From a virus (taxonomy: Duplodnaviria; Heunggongvirae; Uroviricota; Caudoviricetes), in IMG/VR virus record IMGVR_UViG_2675903468_000003, positions 1 to 40,979 of that record: a stretch of 40,979 bases of DNA. One strand, written 5' to 3'. Shown one piece after another: positions 32,010-40,166 of the stretch; position 1 is the first letter of the stretch, and each line of letters opens with the position of its first letter. Position numbers and translations under genes: made by a program. The notes beneath the pieces are model-generated. The model was given only the letters and a program-made list of their open reading frames with translations, did no database searches and had not been told where the DNA came from.

Positions 32010-32037
32010 GGGGCATTCGCCCCTTTTTTTATTTCCT
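32010..32037 (+). terminator. Intrinsic terminator after the repressor gene
   Basis: GGGGCATTCGCCCC followed by TTTTTTTATTT. Confidence 0.55.
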
Positions 32038-32049
32038 TTAAAAATCAAA

Positions 32050-32128
32050 TCCAAACTTAAGTTACGAAAGAAAATTTAAGTTTTCTTCAAAAATACTCTT
32101 GACCATTAATTAAAGAGATCTTAAATTT
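32050..32128 (+). promoter_or_regulatory. OL operators and PL promoter
   Basis: TTAAG/CTTAA half-site palindromes (for example ttaaagagatcttaaatt) overlapping a candidate TTGACC -35, 17-nt spacer, TAAATT -10, directed toward the N-like gene. Confidence 0.5.
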
Positions 32129-32172
32129 AAGCCATCAGCAGGACGCTGGTAGCCAAACGGAACAGATTGGCA

Positions 32173-32214
32173 GGCTCTTTAACATTGATGGGATTGTCCC
32201 GCCGAAATGCGGGA
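32173..32214 (+). promoter_or_regulatory. nutL (boxA plus boxB hairpin)
   Basis: GGCTCTTTAACA then TCCCGCCGAAATGCGGGA; the same hairpin as at nutR. Confidence 0.5.
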
Positions 32215-32244
32215 ACCAAAGAGTAGTTGGCTTTGGGATTGGAT

Positions 32245-32325
32245 GAATGCGCAGGCTGATGCGCGCAGGAGAGCTTCGGGAGAACAAGGTGCCTGTAAAT
32301 AAGCCGGAGTTCAGCACCGGCCATC
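32245..32325 (+). repeat. About 80-bp conserved element, copy B (PL leader between nutL and N)
   Basis: Partner of 23575-23656; see findings. Confidence 0.5.
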
Positions 32326-32356
32326 CAATCGCCAAAGTCAATCATCGGAGGTCAAC

Positions 32357-32662
32357 ATGACAGTAGTCATTACATATCTGGCTGACGATAACGCCAGAAA
32401 TCGCCGCAGAGCACGCAGACAGGCTCAACGTGAACAGGCAATGCAAGAGCAGCGATTGGCGCGAAAAATTGCGCTAAAGCTCTCTGGTTGCGTCAGAGCA
32501 GATAAAGCAGCATCACTCGGAAGCCTTCGCTGCAAGAAGGCAGAAGAAGTCGAGCGTAAACAGAACCGTATTTACTACAGCAAGCCACGCAGTGAAATGG
32601 GTGTGACTTGCTCAGGCCGCCAGAAGCAACGCGGAAAATCAATTCCAGCTTATTACGATTGA
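32357..32662 (+). CDS. N: N-like transcription antiterminator
   Basis: N-terminal arginine-rich motif DNARNRRRARRQAQRE. C-terminal YYSKPRSEMGVTCSGRQKQRGKSIP resembles lambda N YSKPGERGITCSGRQKIKGKSIP. Confidence 0.7.
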   Translation: MTVVITYLADDNARNRRRARRQAQREQAMQEQRLARKIALKLSGCVRADKAASLGSLRCKKAEEVERKQNRIYYSKPRSEMGVTCSGRQKQRGKSIPAYYD

Positions 32663-32667
32663 GGTTA

Positions 32668-32805
32668 ATGATGAAGTTCAAATTGAACGATGAAGTTAAA
32701 TGGTCAAGCTCATCAAACGGTGTAACGAAGGTAAAAATCGGGTTTATCGTCGAGGTGATTCCTCCTGGTGTCAACGTAAAAAATTCGAACTTGGCCGTCT
32801 GCTAG
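32668..32805 (+). CDS. Small hypothetical protein, 5' part of a possibly frameshifted gene
   Basis: GAGG RBS then MMKFKLNDEVKWSSSSNGVTKVKIGFIVEVIPPGV...; stops shortly after an A6-7 run. Confidence 0.3.
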   Translation: MMKFKLNDEVKWSSSSNGVTKVKIGFIVEVIPPGVNVKNSNLAVC

Positions 32806-32936
32806 ATGCACCTGGCCTTCCGAGGAAAGAAGAGAGCTATATAGTTTGTGTAGGTCCAAGACCCGGATCTCGTGCCAAGCCAAAATATTACTGGCCGCGA
32901 GTTAATAACCTGCGTCACTTACACGATGACAAATAG
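32700..32936 (+). CDS. Hypothetical ORF overlapping the previous one in another frame, possibly its 3' continuation
   Basis: Track ORF MVKLIKRCNEG...ESYIVCVGPRPGSRAKPKYYWPRVNNLRHLHDDK. No independent RBS seen. Confidence 0.3.
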   Translation: MVKLIKRCNEGKNRVYRRGDSSWCQRKKFELGRLLDAPGLPRKEESYIVCVGPRPGSRAKPKYYWPRVNNLRHLHDDK

Positions 32937-32991
32937 AAGTGAATATCATTTTTTTACTTTTTCTCAGCAAACCACTTATTTGAGGTGAGAT

Positions 32992-33315
32992 ATGGAAGCA
33001 TTAGTAGTAGAGCGAAGCGAGGATGGCTACTGGACGCACCCAGAATACGCCAACCTGTTTGGGGATAGAGAGGCAATTTCAGCTGATGAGTTCAGATCTT
33101 TCTGCAAGCAGCATGGCATTGAATCATCAATTGTTGAAATGGAAAACGACAACAATCAAACGGTAATTGACGCGTATTTTGAAGATGGGAATCCAAACAT
33201 CAGTGGATGGGAGCCAAGCATGCCAGATGGAGAAGGATGGTTTGTCGGTTCGATTCACGATACAGAAGACGGTCCGATCTGCGTTTGGTTCAGAAATGTA
33301 GATAAGGCCGCATAG
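32992..33315 (+). CDS. Acidic hypothetical protein (107 aa)
   Basis: GAGGTGAG RBS; no recognised domain. Confidence 0.5.
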   Translation: MEALVVERSEDGYWTHPEYANLFGDREAISADEFRSFCKQHGIESSIVEMENDNNQTVIDAYFEDGNPNISGWEPSMPDGEGWFVGSIHDTEDGPICVWFRNVDKAA

Positions 33316-33335
33316 TCGGCCTTTATTTTTGGCAT
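33308..33335 (+). terminator. Intrinsic terminator-like hairpin overlapping the stop of the 107-aa ORF
   Basis: GGCCGcatagtCGGCC followed by TTTATTTTT. Confidence 0.45.
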
Positions 33336-33442
33336 AAACAACAGAATAAACACAGCACTGTGTATTCATTCCAATGAGTGAATACACGGAGCAATGTCGC
33401 TCGTAACTAAACAGGAGCCGACTTGTTCTGATTGTTGGAAAT

Positions 33443-33475
33443 CTTCTTTGCCCTCCAGCGTGAGGGCGATTTTTT
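33443..33475 (+). terminator. Intrinsic terminator
   Basis: GCCCTCcagcgtGAGGGC followed by GATTTTTTTT. Confidence 0.5.
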
Positions 33476-33496
33476 TTGACGTAGGAAATATGAAAT

Positions 33497-33808
33497 ATGA
33501 AATTACGTGTCTGGCATATCCCGCAAGTACCTATGAAGCCGTTCATTGTAGAAGTGGCAAGTGTTGAAGAGGGTGTTCGCCTGATGGATGCACTGGCTGA
33601 TTATGATGCCTTTCAGTATGACAACAACATCAAGCATGACTACTGCAATGCTAACGGCCTTGAGATGTGGGATGAGAGCCTTACTGATGAAGATTTATCA
33701 GAGATGGAGCTTACGGATCGCTGGGTAGATTGGTACAGCGAATGCCAATGTTACGACGACCCACGTAAATATATCGAAAGCCTGAAAGAAGAAACCTCAG
33801 CAGCCTGA
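33497..33808 (+). CDS. Acidic hypothetical protein (103 aa)
   Basis: Track ORF directly after the terminator; no recognised domain. Confidence 0.5.
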   Translation: MKLRVWHIPQVPMKPFIVEVASVEEGVRLMDALADYDAFQYDNNIKHDYCNANGLEMWDESLTDEDLSEMELTDRWVDWYSECQCYDDPRKYIESLKEETSAA

Positions 33809-33843
33809 GCGCGGATTTGACGCATACAAATTAAGGAGGATAT

Positions 33844-34812
33844 ATGAGTGAAGTAACAGATTTAGTTGTTATTGAAAAATCAAATGCAATGACTGTATTT
33901 CAGTCTGCCGACCAGATTGAAGAAATCCTTCAAAAGGTTGAACGTGAAGTTATGTCCTTTGTGCCTGATATCACAACGGCAAAGGGCAGAAAGGAGATCG
34001 CTTCTCTGGCGTATAAAGTTGCGCAGACGAAAACATATCTCGATGGTCTTGGCAAAGACCTTGTTGCTGAACTGAAGGAAATTCCAAAGCTAATTGATGC
34101 CAACCGCAAGACAGTGCGTGATCGCCTTGATGAGCTGAAATCCAAGGCACGCCAGCCTCTTACTGATTATGAGGAGGAACAGGCACGGATTAAAGCCGAA
34201 GAAGAAGCTAAGGCAGCAGCTGAAGCTCTCGCAAAGCAAATTGAGTCTGACCATGAAATAGCGATTTTGATGGATCGCGAATTTGACCGCCAAAGAGAAG
34301 AGGCAAGACTCAAAGCGGAGCAGGAAAAGCGAGAGCATGAAGAACGCTTAAAAAGAGAAGCTGAAGAGAAAGCCAGAGCAGAAGCCGAAGCAAAGGCAAA
34401 AGCCGAAATTGAAGCAGCAGCAAGGCGAGAAGCAGAAGCTAAGGCAGCAGCGGAACGTGCAGAGCGTGAACGCATTGAAGCCGAGCAACGAGCACAGCGC
34501 GAAGCAAAAGAGGCAGCAGAACGAGCTGAAAGAGAAAAGCAGGCGGCAATTGAAGCAGAACGCCGAAAAGCACAGGAGGAGGCTGAACGAATCCGGCGCG
34601 AGGCTGAAGCAAAAGAGCAAGCCAGAATAGCAGAAGAAAAAAGAATCAAGGACGAAGAAGAGCGTAGAGCAAAGGATAAAGCTCACCGGAAAGAAGTAAA
34701 TAACAAAATACTTGCTGACCTTATCAAGGTTGGTGCATCAGAAGATGTTGCTAAAAATATCATAACAGCCATCGTAAAAGGCGAAGTATTCGCAACAAAA
34801 ATAACCTACTAA
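33844..34812 (+). CDS. Hypothetical protein with a long E/A/K/R-rich single-helix or coiled-coil region
   Basis: 322 aa: roughly 110-aa N-domain, roughly 170 aa of KAEAEAKAKAEIEAAARREAEAKAAAE-type repeats (TolA-domain-II-like composition), short C-terminal domain. The repetitive DNA produces spurious antisense ORFs. Confidence 0.6.
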   Translation: MSEVTDLVVIEKSNAMTVFQSADQIEEILQKVEREVMSFVPDITTAKGRKEIASLAYKVAQTKTYLDGLGKDLVAELKEIPKLIDANRKTVRDRLDELKSKARQPLTDYEEEQARIKAEEEAKAAAEALAKQIESDHEIAILMDREFDRQREEARLKAEQEKREHEERLKREAEEKARAEAEAKAKAEIEAAARREAEAKAAAERAERERIEAEQRAQREAKEAAERAEREKQAAIEAERRKAQEEAERIRREAEAKEQARIAEEKRIKDEEERRAKDKAHRKEVNNKILADLIKVGASEDVAKNIITAIVKGEVFATKITY

Positions 34813-34836
34813 TAAAACCAACATAAGGAACCACCC

Positions 34837-34968
34837 ATGATTTACGCAATCGCGGGAGGTGCTCGCATGGGTGCCTTCCAACTAAATGAATCTTTACTTG
34901 AACGAATCACCCGTAAATTACGTGACGGATGGAAAAGAGTTGAGGTCTTATTATGCGCAATGAAATAG
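34837..34968 (+). CDS. Small hypothetical protein (about 43 aa)
   Basis: Self-derived ORF with AAGGAA RBS-like sequence. Confidence 0.25.
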   Translation: MIYAIAGGARMGAFQLNESLLERITRKLRDGWKRVEVLLCAMK

Positions 34969-35179
34969 CCATTAATCACCAGATGCTTCGTGCTGCACAG
35001 AACAAAGCAGTAATAGCCCGATTTATTGGTGATTCAAAAATGTGGCTTGAAGCAAATAAAGCGATGAAATCAGCTATCAACCTTCCGTGGTATCGCAGGA
35101 AATGAGTTTCACAGATAACTGGTCAGACGAAGAATTCATTCGTCAGATGAAAGAATTAATCGGTAACGAAGGAGATATT

Positions 35180-35350
35180 CATGTCACTTGCAACCACAGT
35201 GAAGGAGAGCAAGTTACAGAGACGCATGTACACGCAGCAGGCGTTAATGTATCGCCAGAAGGGAGATCGTGAAGGTGTTCGCGTATTTTTAAATGCGGCA
35301 AAGACTGAAGTATTAAATCAGCGTTATTTCCTTGGGCCATGTCCATTCTG
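35180..35350 (+). CDS. Small hypothetical protein (about 56 aa)
   Basis: Self-derived ORF MSLATTVKESKLQRRMYTQQALMYRQKGDREGV... with a strong AAGGAG RBS about 7 nt upstream; overlaps a track ORF in another frame. Confidence 0.3.
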
Positions 35351-35361
35351 AGAACAAACAT

Positions 35362-35967
35362 ATGAGCAAAGAATTTTACGCAAGACTGGCAGCTATTCAG
35401 GAGAATCTGAACGCGCCAAAGAATCAGTACAACTCATTCGGCAAATATAAATACAGAAGCTGCGAAGACATTCTTGAAGGCGTTAAGCCGTTACTGAATG
35501 GCCTGTTTTTATCAATCAGCGATGAAGTTGTGTTGATTGGTGATCGGTATTACGTGAAAGCCACGGCAACTATTACCGATGGTGAAAACAGTCATACGGC
35601 AACCGCTCTTGCACGAGAGGAAGAAAGCAAGAAAGGAATGGATTCTGCACAAGTTACGGGAGCTACAAGCTCTTATGCACGCAAGTATTGCCTCAATGGT
35701 TTATTCGGCATTGATGATGCGAAAGATGCAGATACAGACGAGCATAAACATCAGCAGAACGCAGCAGCAAAGCAATCAAAACCATCACCTACACCTGAAC
35801 AGGTTCTAAAAGCATTCACTGACGCAGCATTGCAGAAAAACACCGTAGAAGAGCTTAAACAGGCGTTCGCCAAAGCGTGGAAGATGCTCGAAGGCACACC
35901 GGAGCAGCACAAAGCGCAGGACGTTTACAACATCAGACGAGACGAATTAGAAGGAGCGGCTGCTTAA
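35362..35967 (+). CDS. erf: Erf-family single-strand annealing recombinase
   Basis: MSKEFYARLAAIQENLNAPKNQYNSFGKYKYRSCEDILEGVKPLLNGLFLSISDEVVLIGDRYYVKATATITDGENSH... matches P22 Erf. Start trimmed to MSKEFY. Confidence 0.85.
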   Translation: MSKEFYARLAAIQENLNAPKNQYNSFGKYKYRSCEDILEGVKPLLNGLFLSISDEVVLIGDRYYVKATATITDGENSHTATALAREEESKKGMDSAQVTGATSSYARKYCLNGLFGIDDAKDADTDEHKHQQNAAAKQSKPSPTPEQVLKAFTDAALQKNTVEELKQAFAKAWKMLEGTPEQHKAQDVYNIRRDELEGAAA

Positions 35968-36350
35968 TGGCACATTCGATTACTGTAAGACTAAACAAGC
36001 CCGCAAGAGAGTTTCAGGCCGGGGAAAATATCGGATTCAACATCCGTGCTGGCGTTCAGTATTACGATCGCCAGACAAAAAAGAAAGAATGGACAAACTA
36101 CAGCGCCGTTGTATTTGCCAAGCCGGGAGCGCAAGCGGATTACTACCGTAGTGTTCTTGTTGAAGGTGGCATTGTGGAAATTACCGGAGAAAACATCAGG
36201 GTTGATGTTTATCAGGGGCAAAATGGTCAATCAATCACTCTTGAATTACTGAATGCAAAGATTGGATTTGCAGCTTCAGGAAATGGCCCGCAGCAGCAAA
36301 GTAGTAACCAGCAGAACACTCCTGTATACGACGATTCCATCCCATTCTGA
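35967..36350 (+). CDS. ssb: Single-stranded DNA-binding protein (short phage SSB)
   Basis: AAGGAG RBS; ends ...TPVYDDSIPF, the acidic DDxIPF tail typical of SSBs. Start ATG overlaps the erf stop. Confidence 0.75.
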   Translation: MAHSITVRLNKPAREFQAGENIGFNIRAGVQYYDRQTKKKEWTNYSAVVFAKPGAQADYYRSVLVEGGIVEITGENIRVDVYQGQNGQSITLELLNAKIGFAASGNGPQQQSSNQQNTPVYDDSIPF

Positions 36351-36373
36351 TTTAGAAAAACAAGGATTTAATT

Positions 36374-36670
36374 ATGCCAGCGCCTCTGTATGGTGCGGAT
36401 GACGCGCGCCGCTGTTCCGGCAATTCCGTATCGGAGGTGCTGGATAAATTCAGAAAAAACTACGATCGAATAATGTCTCTACCGCAGGAAACGAAAGAGG
36501 AAAAGGAATTTCGCCACTGTATATGGCTTGCAGAGAAAGAAGAACGCGAGCGAATTTACCAGACATCAATCCGACCATTCCGCAAAGCCACATATACCCA
36601 CTTCCCTGAATATATCGACCCGCGCCTGCGTAATTACCGCTCACGCTATGGCGCTATCAGTAATGACTGA
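36374..36670 (+). CDS. Hypothetical protein (98 aa)
   Basis: Track ORF with AAGGA RBS; no recognised domain. Confidence 0.5.
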   Translation: MPAPLYGADDARRCSGNSVSEVLDKFRKNYDRIMSLPQETKEEKEFRHCIWLAEKEERERIYQTSIRPFRKATYTHFPEYIDPRLRNYRSRYGAISND

Positions 36671-36680
36671 GGAATTTACC

Positions 36681-36845
36681 ATGAGAGGACTTGCATACAA
36701 TCCCGGCATTCTTCCGGCAGAAATGATTATTCGCCAACGCGTAAAGCCAATGCCATCGAGAGAGGAATTGCTTAAGAGAAATTCTTTTCCATCAGTGAAT
36801 CAAAACAAATATCTGAATGCGATGTTGCGGAGTGGGAAGAAATGA
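36681..36845 (+). CDS. Small hypothetical protein (54 aa)
   Basis: GAGGA RBS then [25 protein letters not shown]...; internal start of a longer track ORF. Confidence 0.35.
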   Translation: MRGLAYNPGILPAEMIIRQRVKPMPSREELLKRNSFPSVNQNKYLNAMLRSGKK

Positions 36846-37291
36846 AACAAATGTCACTAATTGAGATGGATGGTTTTCTGAAAGGTAAATGCATCCCAAG
36901 TGATTTAAAGGTTAACGAAACAAACGCTGAATATCTGGTGCGTAAGTTCGGTGAACTTGAATCAAAACTAGAAACGGCGTTGCGTGAGTGTCGTTCTGCT
37001 GGAATCACGATTGATAACCTTGAGGCTAAATGCGCGAAGATGGCTGCTGAAAATACCTCGCTTAAGCAATCTGAGAAGGAATTTAATGACTTTTGTCGTG
37101 AGGAGTTTAGCGAATGGGAAGATGATGTTACTGAAACCCCAGCCACCGACGCATTCCTGGCTGAAGTACGGGCGCAGGGCGTGGAGATGGCTATGGAGCA
37201 TATGCAGTCGAGCGGTTCGTTAACATTTGGAGATTGCTACATATCACTTAACGAGTTCGCCGCAGAGCTTCGCAAAGGAGGCAACCAGTGA
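36842..37291 (+). CDS. Hypothetical protein (149 aa)
   Basis: Track ORF with start/stop overlap to neighbours; no recognised domain. Confidence 0.5.
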   Translation: MKQMSLIEMDGFLKGKCIPSDLKVNETNAEYLVRKFGELESKLETALRECRSAGITIDNLEAKCAKMAAENTSLKQSEKEFNDFCREEFSEWEDDVTETPATDAFLAEVRAQGVEMAMEHMQSSGSLTFGDCYISLNEFAAELRKGGNQ

Positions 37292-37734
37292 GCAAGATTG
37301 ATTATCAAAAGCTTCGTGAAATCGCTGAAAAAACAAAAATTGCCGGTGAAGCACCTGTAATGCCTTTCGATCAGCGAATTAATGCGCTTAACGATTTTAT
37401 GAAGCACTTTTCGCCAGATATCGCGCTGGCATTGTTGGATGAACGGGAAAGAAACCAGCAATACATCAAACGCCGCGACCAGGAGAACGAGGATATTGCG
37501 CTTACGGTAGGGAAGTTGCGCGTTGAGCTTGAGGCAGAAAAACAGCGGGCAAAGGATCTGTTTATGGAAAATGCTCGGCTTAAGTCAGGTATAGCCGGTC
37601 TGATACACCTCGGTATTCGATATGCAGATGTTGATGTCATGAAAATTGCTGGAGATGCCCAGCTTTCTACCCCATGCACTGACAGCATCATAAACAGCAT
37701 TGCAACAGGCATTCGCATCAACGGAGGTGAGTAA
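37288..37734 (+). CDS. Ead/Ea22-like early-region protein
   Basis: [24 protein letters not shown]... N-terminus recalled as typical of the Ead/Ea22-like family; coiled-coil middle region. Confidence 0.45.
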   Translation: MSKIDYQKLREIAEKTKIAGEAPVMPFDQRINALNDFMKHFSPDIALALLDERERNQQYIKRRDQENEDIALTVGKLRVELEAEKQRAKDLFMENARLKSGIAGLIHLGIRYADVDVMKIAGDAQLSTPCTDSIINSIATGIRINGGE

Positions 37735-37910
37735 TGCGTGTGGCATGTATCGGCTTGTTACCGTACCCGACTCGTTTTTGGGCTTCTGCGCTAATTGCAA
37801 AGCCACATGTCCTGATGGCTGACAACATCATCCCGGTACCAAAGCGCCGCCATACCGGTATTGCAGCGGCACGACGAGCAGCAAAGAGACGCAGGAGAGC
37901 AAAGCGATGA
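37734..37910 (+). CDS. Small basic hypothetical protein (58 aa)
   Basis: Self-derived ORF with GGAGGTGAG RBS; C-terminus AAARRAAKRRRRAKR. Coordinates anchored by TAATG overlap with the upstream track ORF. Confidence 0.3.
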   Translation: MRVACIGLLPYPTRFWASALIAKPHVLMADNIIPVPKRRHTGIAAARRAAKRRRRAKR

Positions 37911-38083
37911 AAAACCGTAAAGCAAAATTACTTCTTTTATCGCGTTCGACGGGGTACGAGAAGCTACCAATCAGCAATCACAAACGGGCGGTGATCGGCA
38001 TGTTTGGTAGGGTGGTATTCGCATTTAACTATAAACCCACCGCGTCGCGGAACAGACGAGAGAAGGGGTACGCAGTGCGATGA
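37907..38083 (+). CDS. Small basic hypothetical protein (58 aa), paralogous start to the next ORF
   Basis: Self-derived ORF MKNRKAKLLLLSRSTGYEKLPISNHKRAVIGMFG...; ATGA overlap with neighbours. Confidence 0.3.
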   Translation: MKNRKAKLLLLSRSTGYEKLPISNHKRAVIGMFGRVVFAFNYKPTASRNRREKGYAVR

Positions 38084-38271
38084 AAAACCGTAAGGCAAAG
38101 ATGCTGATAGCAAAGCCCGGGCAGCGTATCCGTATCTCAAATCGGCTTGTTATTTACTATAGATATCTGGGTTTTAGGGGGTGTTCCTCTATTCGTTTTT
38201 ACGGTGTCTGGCGAAACAGAAGCGCAGCACAAAACCGCTGGAAAAACCACTTTCGCACTAAAGGAGAGTGA
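38080..38271 (+). CDS. Small basic hypothetical protein (63 aa)
   Basis: Track ORF MKNRKAKMLIAKPGQRIRISNRL...; shares the MKNRKAK start with the preceding ORF. Confidence 0.35.
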   Translation: MKNRKAKMLIAKPGQRIRISNRLVIYYRYLGFRGCSSIRFYGVWRNRSAAQNRWKNHFRTKGE

Positions 38272-38272
38272 T

Positions 38273-39019
38273 ATGACCACTTTCACCGACAAAGAACTGA
38301 TTAAAGAAATCAAAGAGCGTATCAGCAGCCTGGACGTTCGAGACAATATTGAACGCCGGGCTTATGAAATCGCACTGGCATCGCTGGAAGCAGAGCCGGC
38401 GGCGTGGATGCGTGATGACGCAGATGGTCGTGAGTATAACGCTCGCAATGAATTTTCTGGTGGAGGGGGAGGAGTTCCACTCTACGCCACCCCTCCAGCG
38501 CCAGTAGTACCGGAAGAAAAACCAATGCCTAATCCTCTTAGCATGTACGCGGTTGATGCTGTTGCCGCTATTGCAGAGGTGAGAGGCTGGAACGCCTGCC
38601 GCGCTGCCATGCTTCATAGTGCCGAACCTGCAAGTAATCATGAAGAGTTGCCGCTTGATTATCTCCAAGGTCAAAAAGATGGTCTTGAATGGGCTGCGCA
38701 GCTTGCAGAAGCAAATCACCCACAAACTGGCGACTGGATTTACGATGACCCGCTGGAGCTGGCTAAAGCTATCAGAAAAGGTCCTGACATGCCTGAATTC
38801 GATGGACCAACTCCGGTAACTCCGGATGGTTGGATAAGCTGTAGTGAGCGAATGCCGGATAAGTTAATTCCGGTAATGGTCATGTATGAAGACGGTGAGA
38901 TGTGGTCTGCAATGTGGAATGGCAATCGCTGGGATGATGGCACCGAATATCCGGATCCGCACTCAGTTACGCACTGGCGTGAAATGCCAGCAGCGCCGAA
39001 ACAGGAGGTGAAGTCGTGA
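38273..39019 (+). CDS. DUF551-domain protein
   Basis: GGAGAG RBS, start trimmed to MTTFTDKELIKEIK. C-terminal ...GTEYPDPHSVTHWREMPAAP is the DUF551 signature. Confidence 0.6.
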   Translation: MTTFTDKELIKEIKERISSLDVRDNIERRAYEIALASLEAEPAAWMRDDADGREYNARNEFSGGGGGVPLYATPPAPVVPEEKPMPNPLSMYAVDAVAAIAEVRGWNACRAAMLHSAEPASNHEELPLDYLQGQKDGLEWAAQLAEANHPQTGDWIYDDPLELAKAIRKGPDMPEFDGPTPVTPDGWISCSERMPDKLIPVMVMYEDGEMWSAMWNGNRWDDGTEYPDPHSVTHWREMPAAPKQEVKS

Positions 39020-39228
39020 GCAAGCACATCATCAAATATGACTATCGAGAGGGAGTTAAACTTGCAAAGCATGAAATAGAAACGTGGTGCGGACATGCGC
39101 CACAATTTTCAGACTGGTTGTTTCAGGATGCTCAGCACGCGCTGTTGAGCATTGAGCAGGGAACGCTGCTTGTTCCTTGCAAGAATTGTCTGGCAGCAAT
39201 CATCAAAACGGCGCAGGAGGTGAAGTGA
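39016..39228 (+). CDS. Hypothetical protein (70 aa)
   Basis: Track ORF with overlap to neighbours; no recognised domain. Confidence 0.45.
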   Translation: MSKHIIKYDYREGVKLAKHEIETWCGHAPQFSDWLFQDAQHALLSIEQGTLLVPCKNCLAAIIKTAQEVK

Positions 39229-39506
39229 TGGACTCCTTCGCGAAATATACGATCATTGACTGGATAGCATTCCTTCAGGTTTTGCTAATCTGGTTTTATA
39301 TGGCTTACAGGAGTGGACAGTGGATTGTCAGTGAAGCCTGTAGCAAGGGATGGCGTTGGTGGAACCGAAAGAATAAAAAAGCACTGGCATTGGATTCGTT
39401 TTACGAAGCATTCAATCTTAACAGTCTTCAGCCAGGTTCTGTCATTGTAGTCACCACTCAAAGCGGCATGACCATTCAGATTCATAAACCAAAAGAGGAG
39501 AAATGA
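39228..39506 (+). CDS. Hypothetical protein with one predicted TM helix (92 aa)
   Basis: GGAGGTGAAG RBS; hydrophobic segment IIDWIAFLQVLLIWFYMAY. Start trimmed from the track ORF. Confidence 0.45.
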   Translation: MDSFAKYTIIDWIAFLQVLLIWFYMAYRSGQWIVSEACSKGWRWWNRKNKKALALDSFYEAFNLNSLQPGSVIVVTTQSGMTIQIHKPKEEK

Positions 39507-39592
39507 TGTGGCCTATATGTGTTAATTGCGGACGGATGTGCCTATCTGGATGGTGCCGAAAGTGCGACAAATGCACGAAGAAAAGACAATAA
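39503..39592 (+). CDS. Cys-rich micro-ORF (29 aa)
   Basis: Self-derived MMWPICVNCGRMCLSGWCRKCDKCTKKRQ with AAAGAGGAGAA RBS; start overlaps the upstream stop. Confidence 0.25.
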   Translation: MMWPICVNCGRMCLSGWCRKCDKCTKKRQ

Positions 39593-39664
39593 CAATCCTC
39601 GCATTCGCGGGGATTTCTTTTATCTGAACTCGCTACGGCGGGTTTTGTTTTATGGAGATGATAA

Positions 39665-39832
39665 ATGCACTTCCGAGTCACAGGTGAATGGAATGGAGAG
39701 CCATTCGACAGGGTTATCGAAGCAGAGGACATCAACGACTGCTATAACCACTGGATGATATGGGCGCAGATAGCGCATGCAGACGTAACCAATATTCGAA
39801 TTGAAGAACTGAAAGAACACCAAGACGCCTGA
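39665..39832 (+). CDS. Small hypothetical protein (55 aa)
   Basis: Self-derived MHFRVTGEWNGEPFDRVIEAEDINDCYNHWMIWAQIAHADVTNIRIEELKEHQDA with GGAGATG RBS-like sequence; followed by a weak hairpin and T-run. Confidence 0.35.
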   Translation: MHFRVTGEWNGEPFDRVIEAEDINDCYNHWMIWAQIAHADVTNIRIEELKEHQDA

Positions 39833-39850
39833 TGGCGGTTTTTTATTGCC

Positions 39851-39867
39851 TGATTTGCAGGTTCGAT
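39851..39867 (+). other. tRNA-Arg (argW-like) T-arm fragment
   Basis: ATTTGCAGGTTCGATTCC matches the argW segment AATTGCAGGTTCGATTCC (from memory) and then diverges. Not a complete tRNA. Confidence 0.4.
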
Positions 39868-39889
39868 TCCCTATTCGGAGATAGCACTC

Positions 39890-40090
39890 ATGCAACACGA
39901 ACTACAACCTGATTCACTGGTTGATTTGAAATTCATCATGGCCGATACTGGCTTTGGTAAAACCTTCATCTATGACCGGATTAAGTCCGGAGACCTGCCT
40001 AAAGCCAAAGTTATCCACGGGCGAGCACGATGGTTATATCGTGACCATTGTGAATTCAAAAATAAGCTCTTAAGCCGCGCTAATGGGTAA
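39890..40090 (+). CDS. AlpA/Xis-type DNA-binding protein (candidate excisionase)
   Basis: 66 aa MQHELQPDSLVDLKFIMADTGFGKTFIYDRIKSGDLPKAKVIHGRARWLYRDHCEFKNKL; AlpA/Vis-family HTH pattern; last phage-like gene before the att motif. Confidence 0.7.
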   Translation: MQHELQPDSLVDLKFIMADTGFGKTFIYDRIKSGDLPKAKVIHGRARWLYRDHCEFKNKLLSRANG

Positions 40091-40166
40091 AATAGCGGGT
40101 AAAATATTTCTCACATCTAAAAAACACCATTCCAATCAATCCCCTGCCGCCTCAAGTAGATGTCTG

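Noticed and set aside
32127-32345. 72-aa minus-strand ORF sharing a peptide with the ORF at 23550-23744
   Set aside because: The shared peptide comes from the duplicated element and both ORFs are antisense to the local transcript. The flanking residues are unrelated.
34090-34686. Minus-strand ORFs of 82, 160 and 112 aa rich in Ser/Ala/Arg or Cys/Phe
   Set aside because: They are antisense to the low-complexity GAAGCAGAAGC-type repeats that encode the E/A/K/R helix of the 322-aa protein, so they are composition artefacts.
39851-39867. Possible intact tRNA gene
   Set aside because: Only a T-arm fragment is present. No D-arm, anticodon arm or acceptor 5' strand is found upstream.
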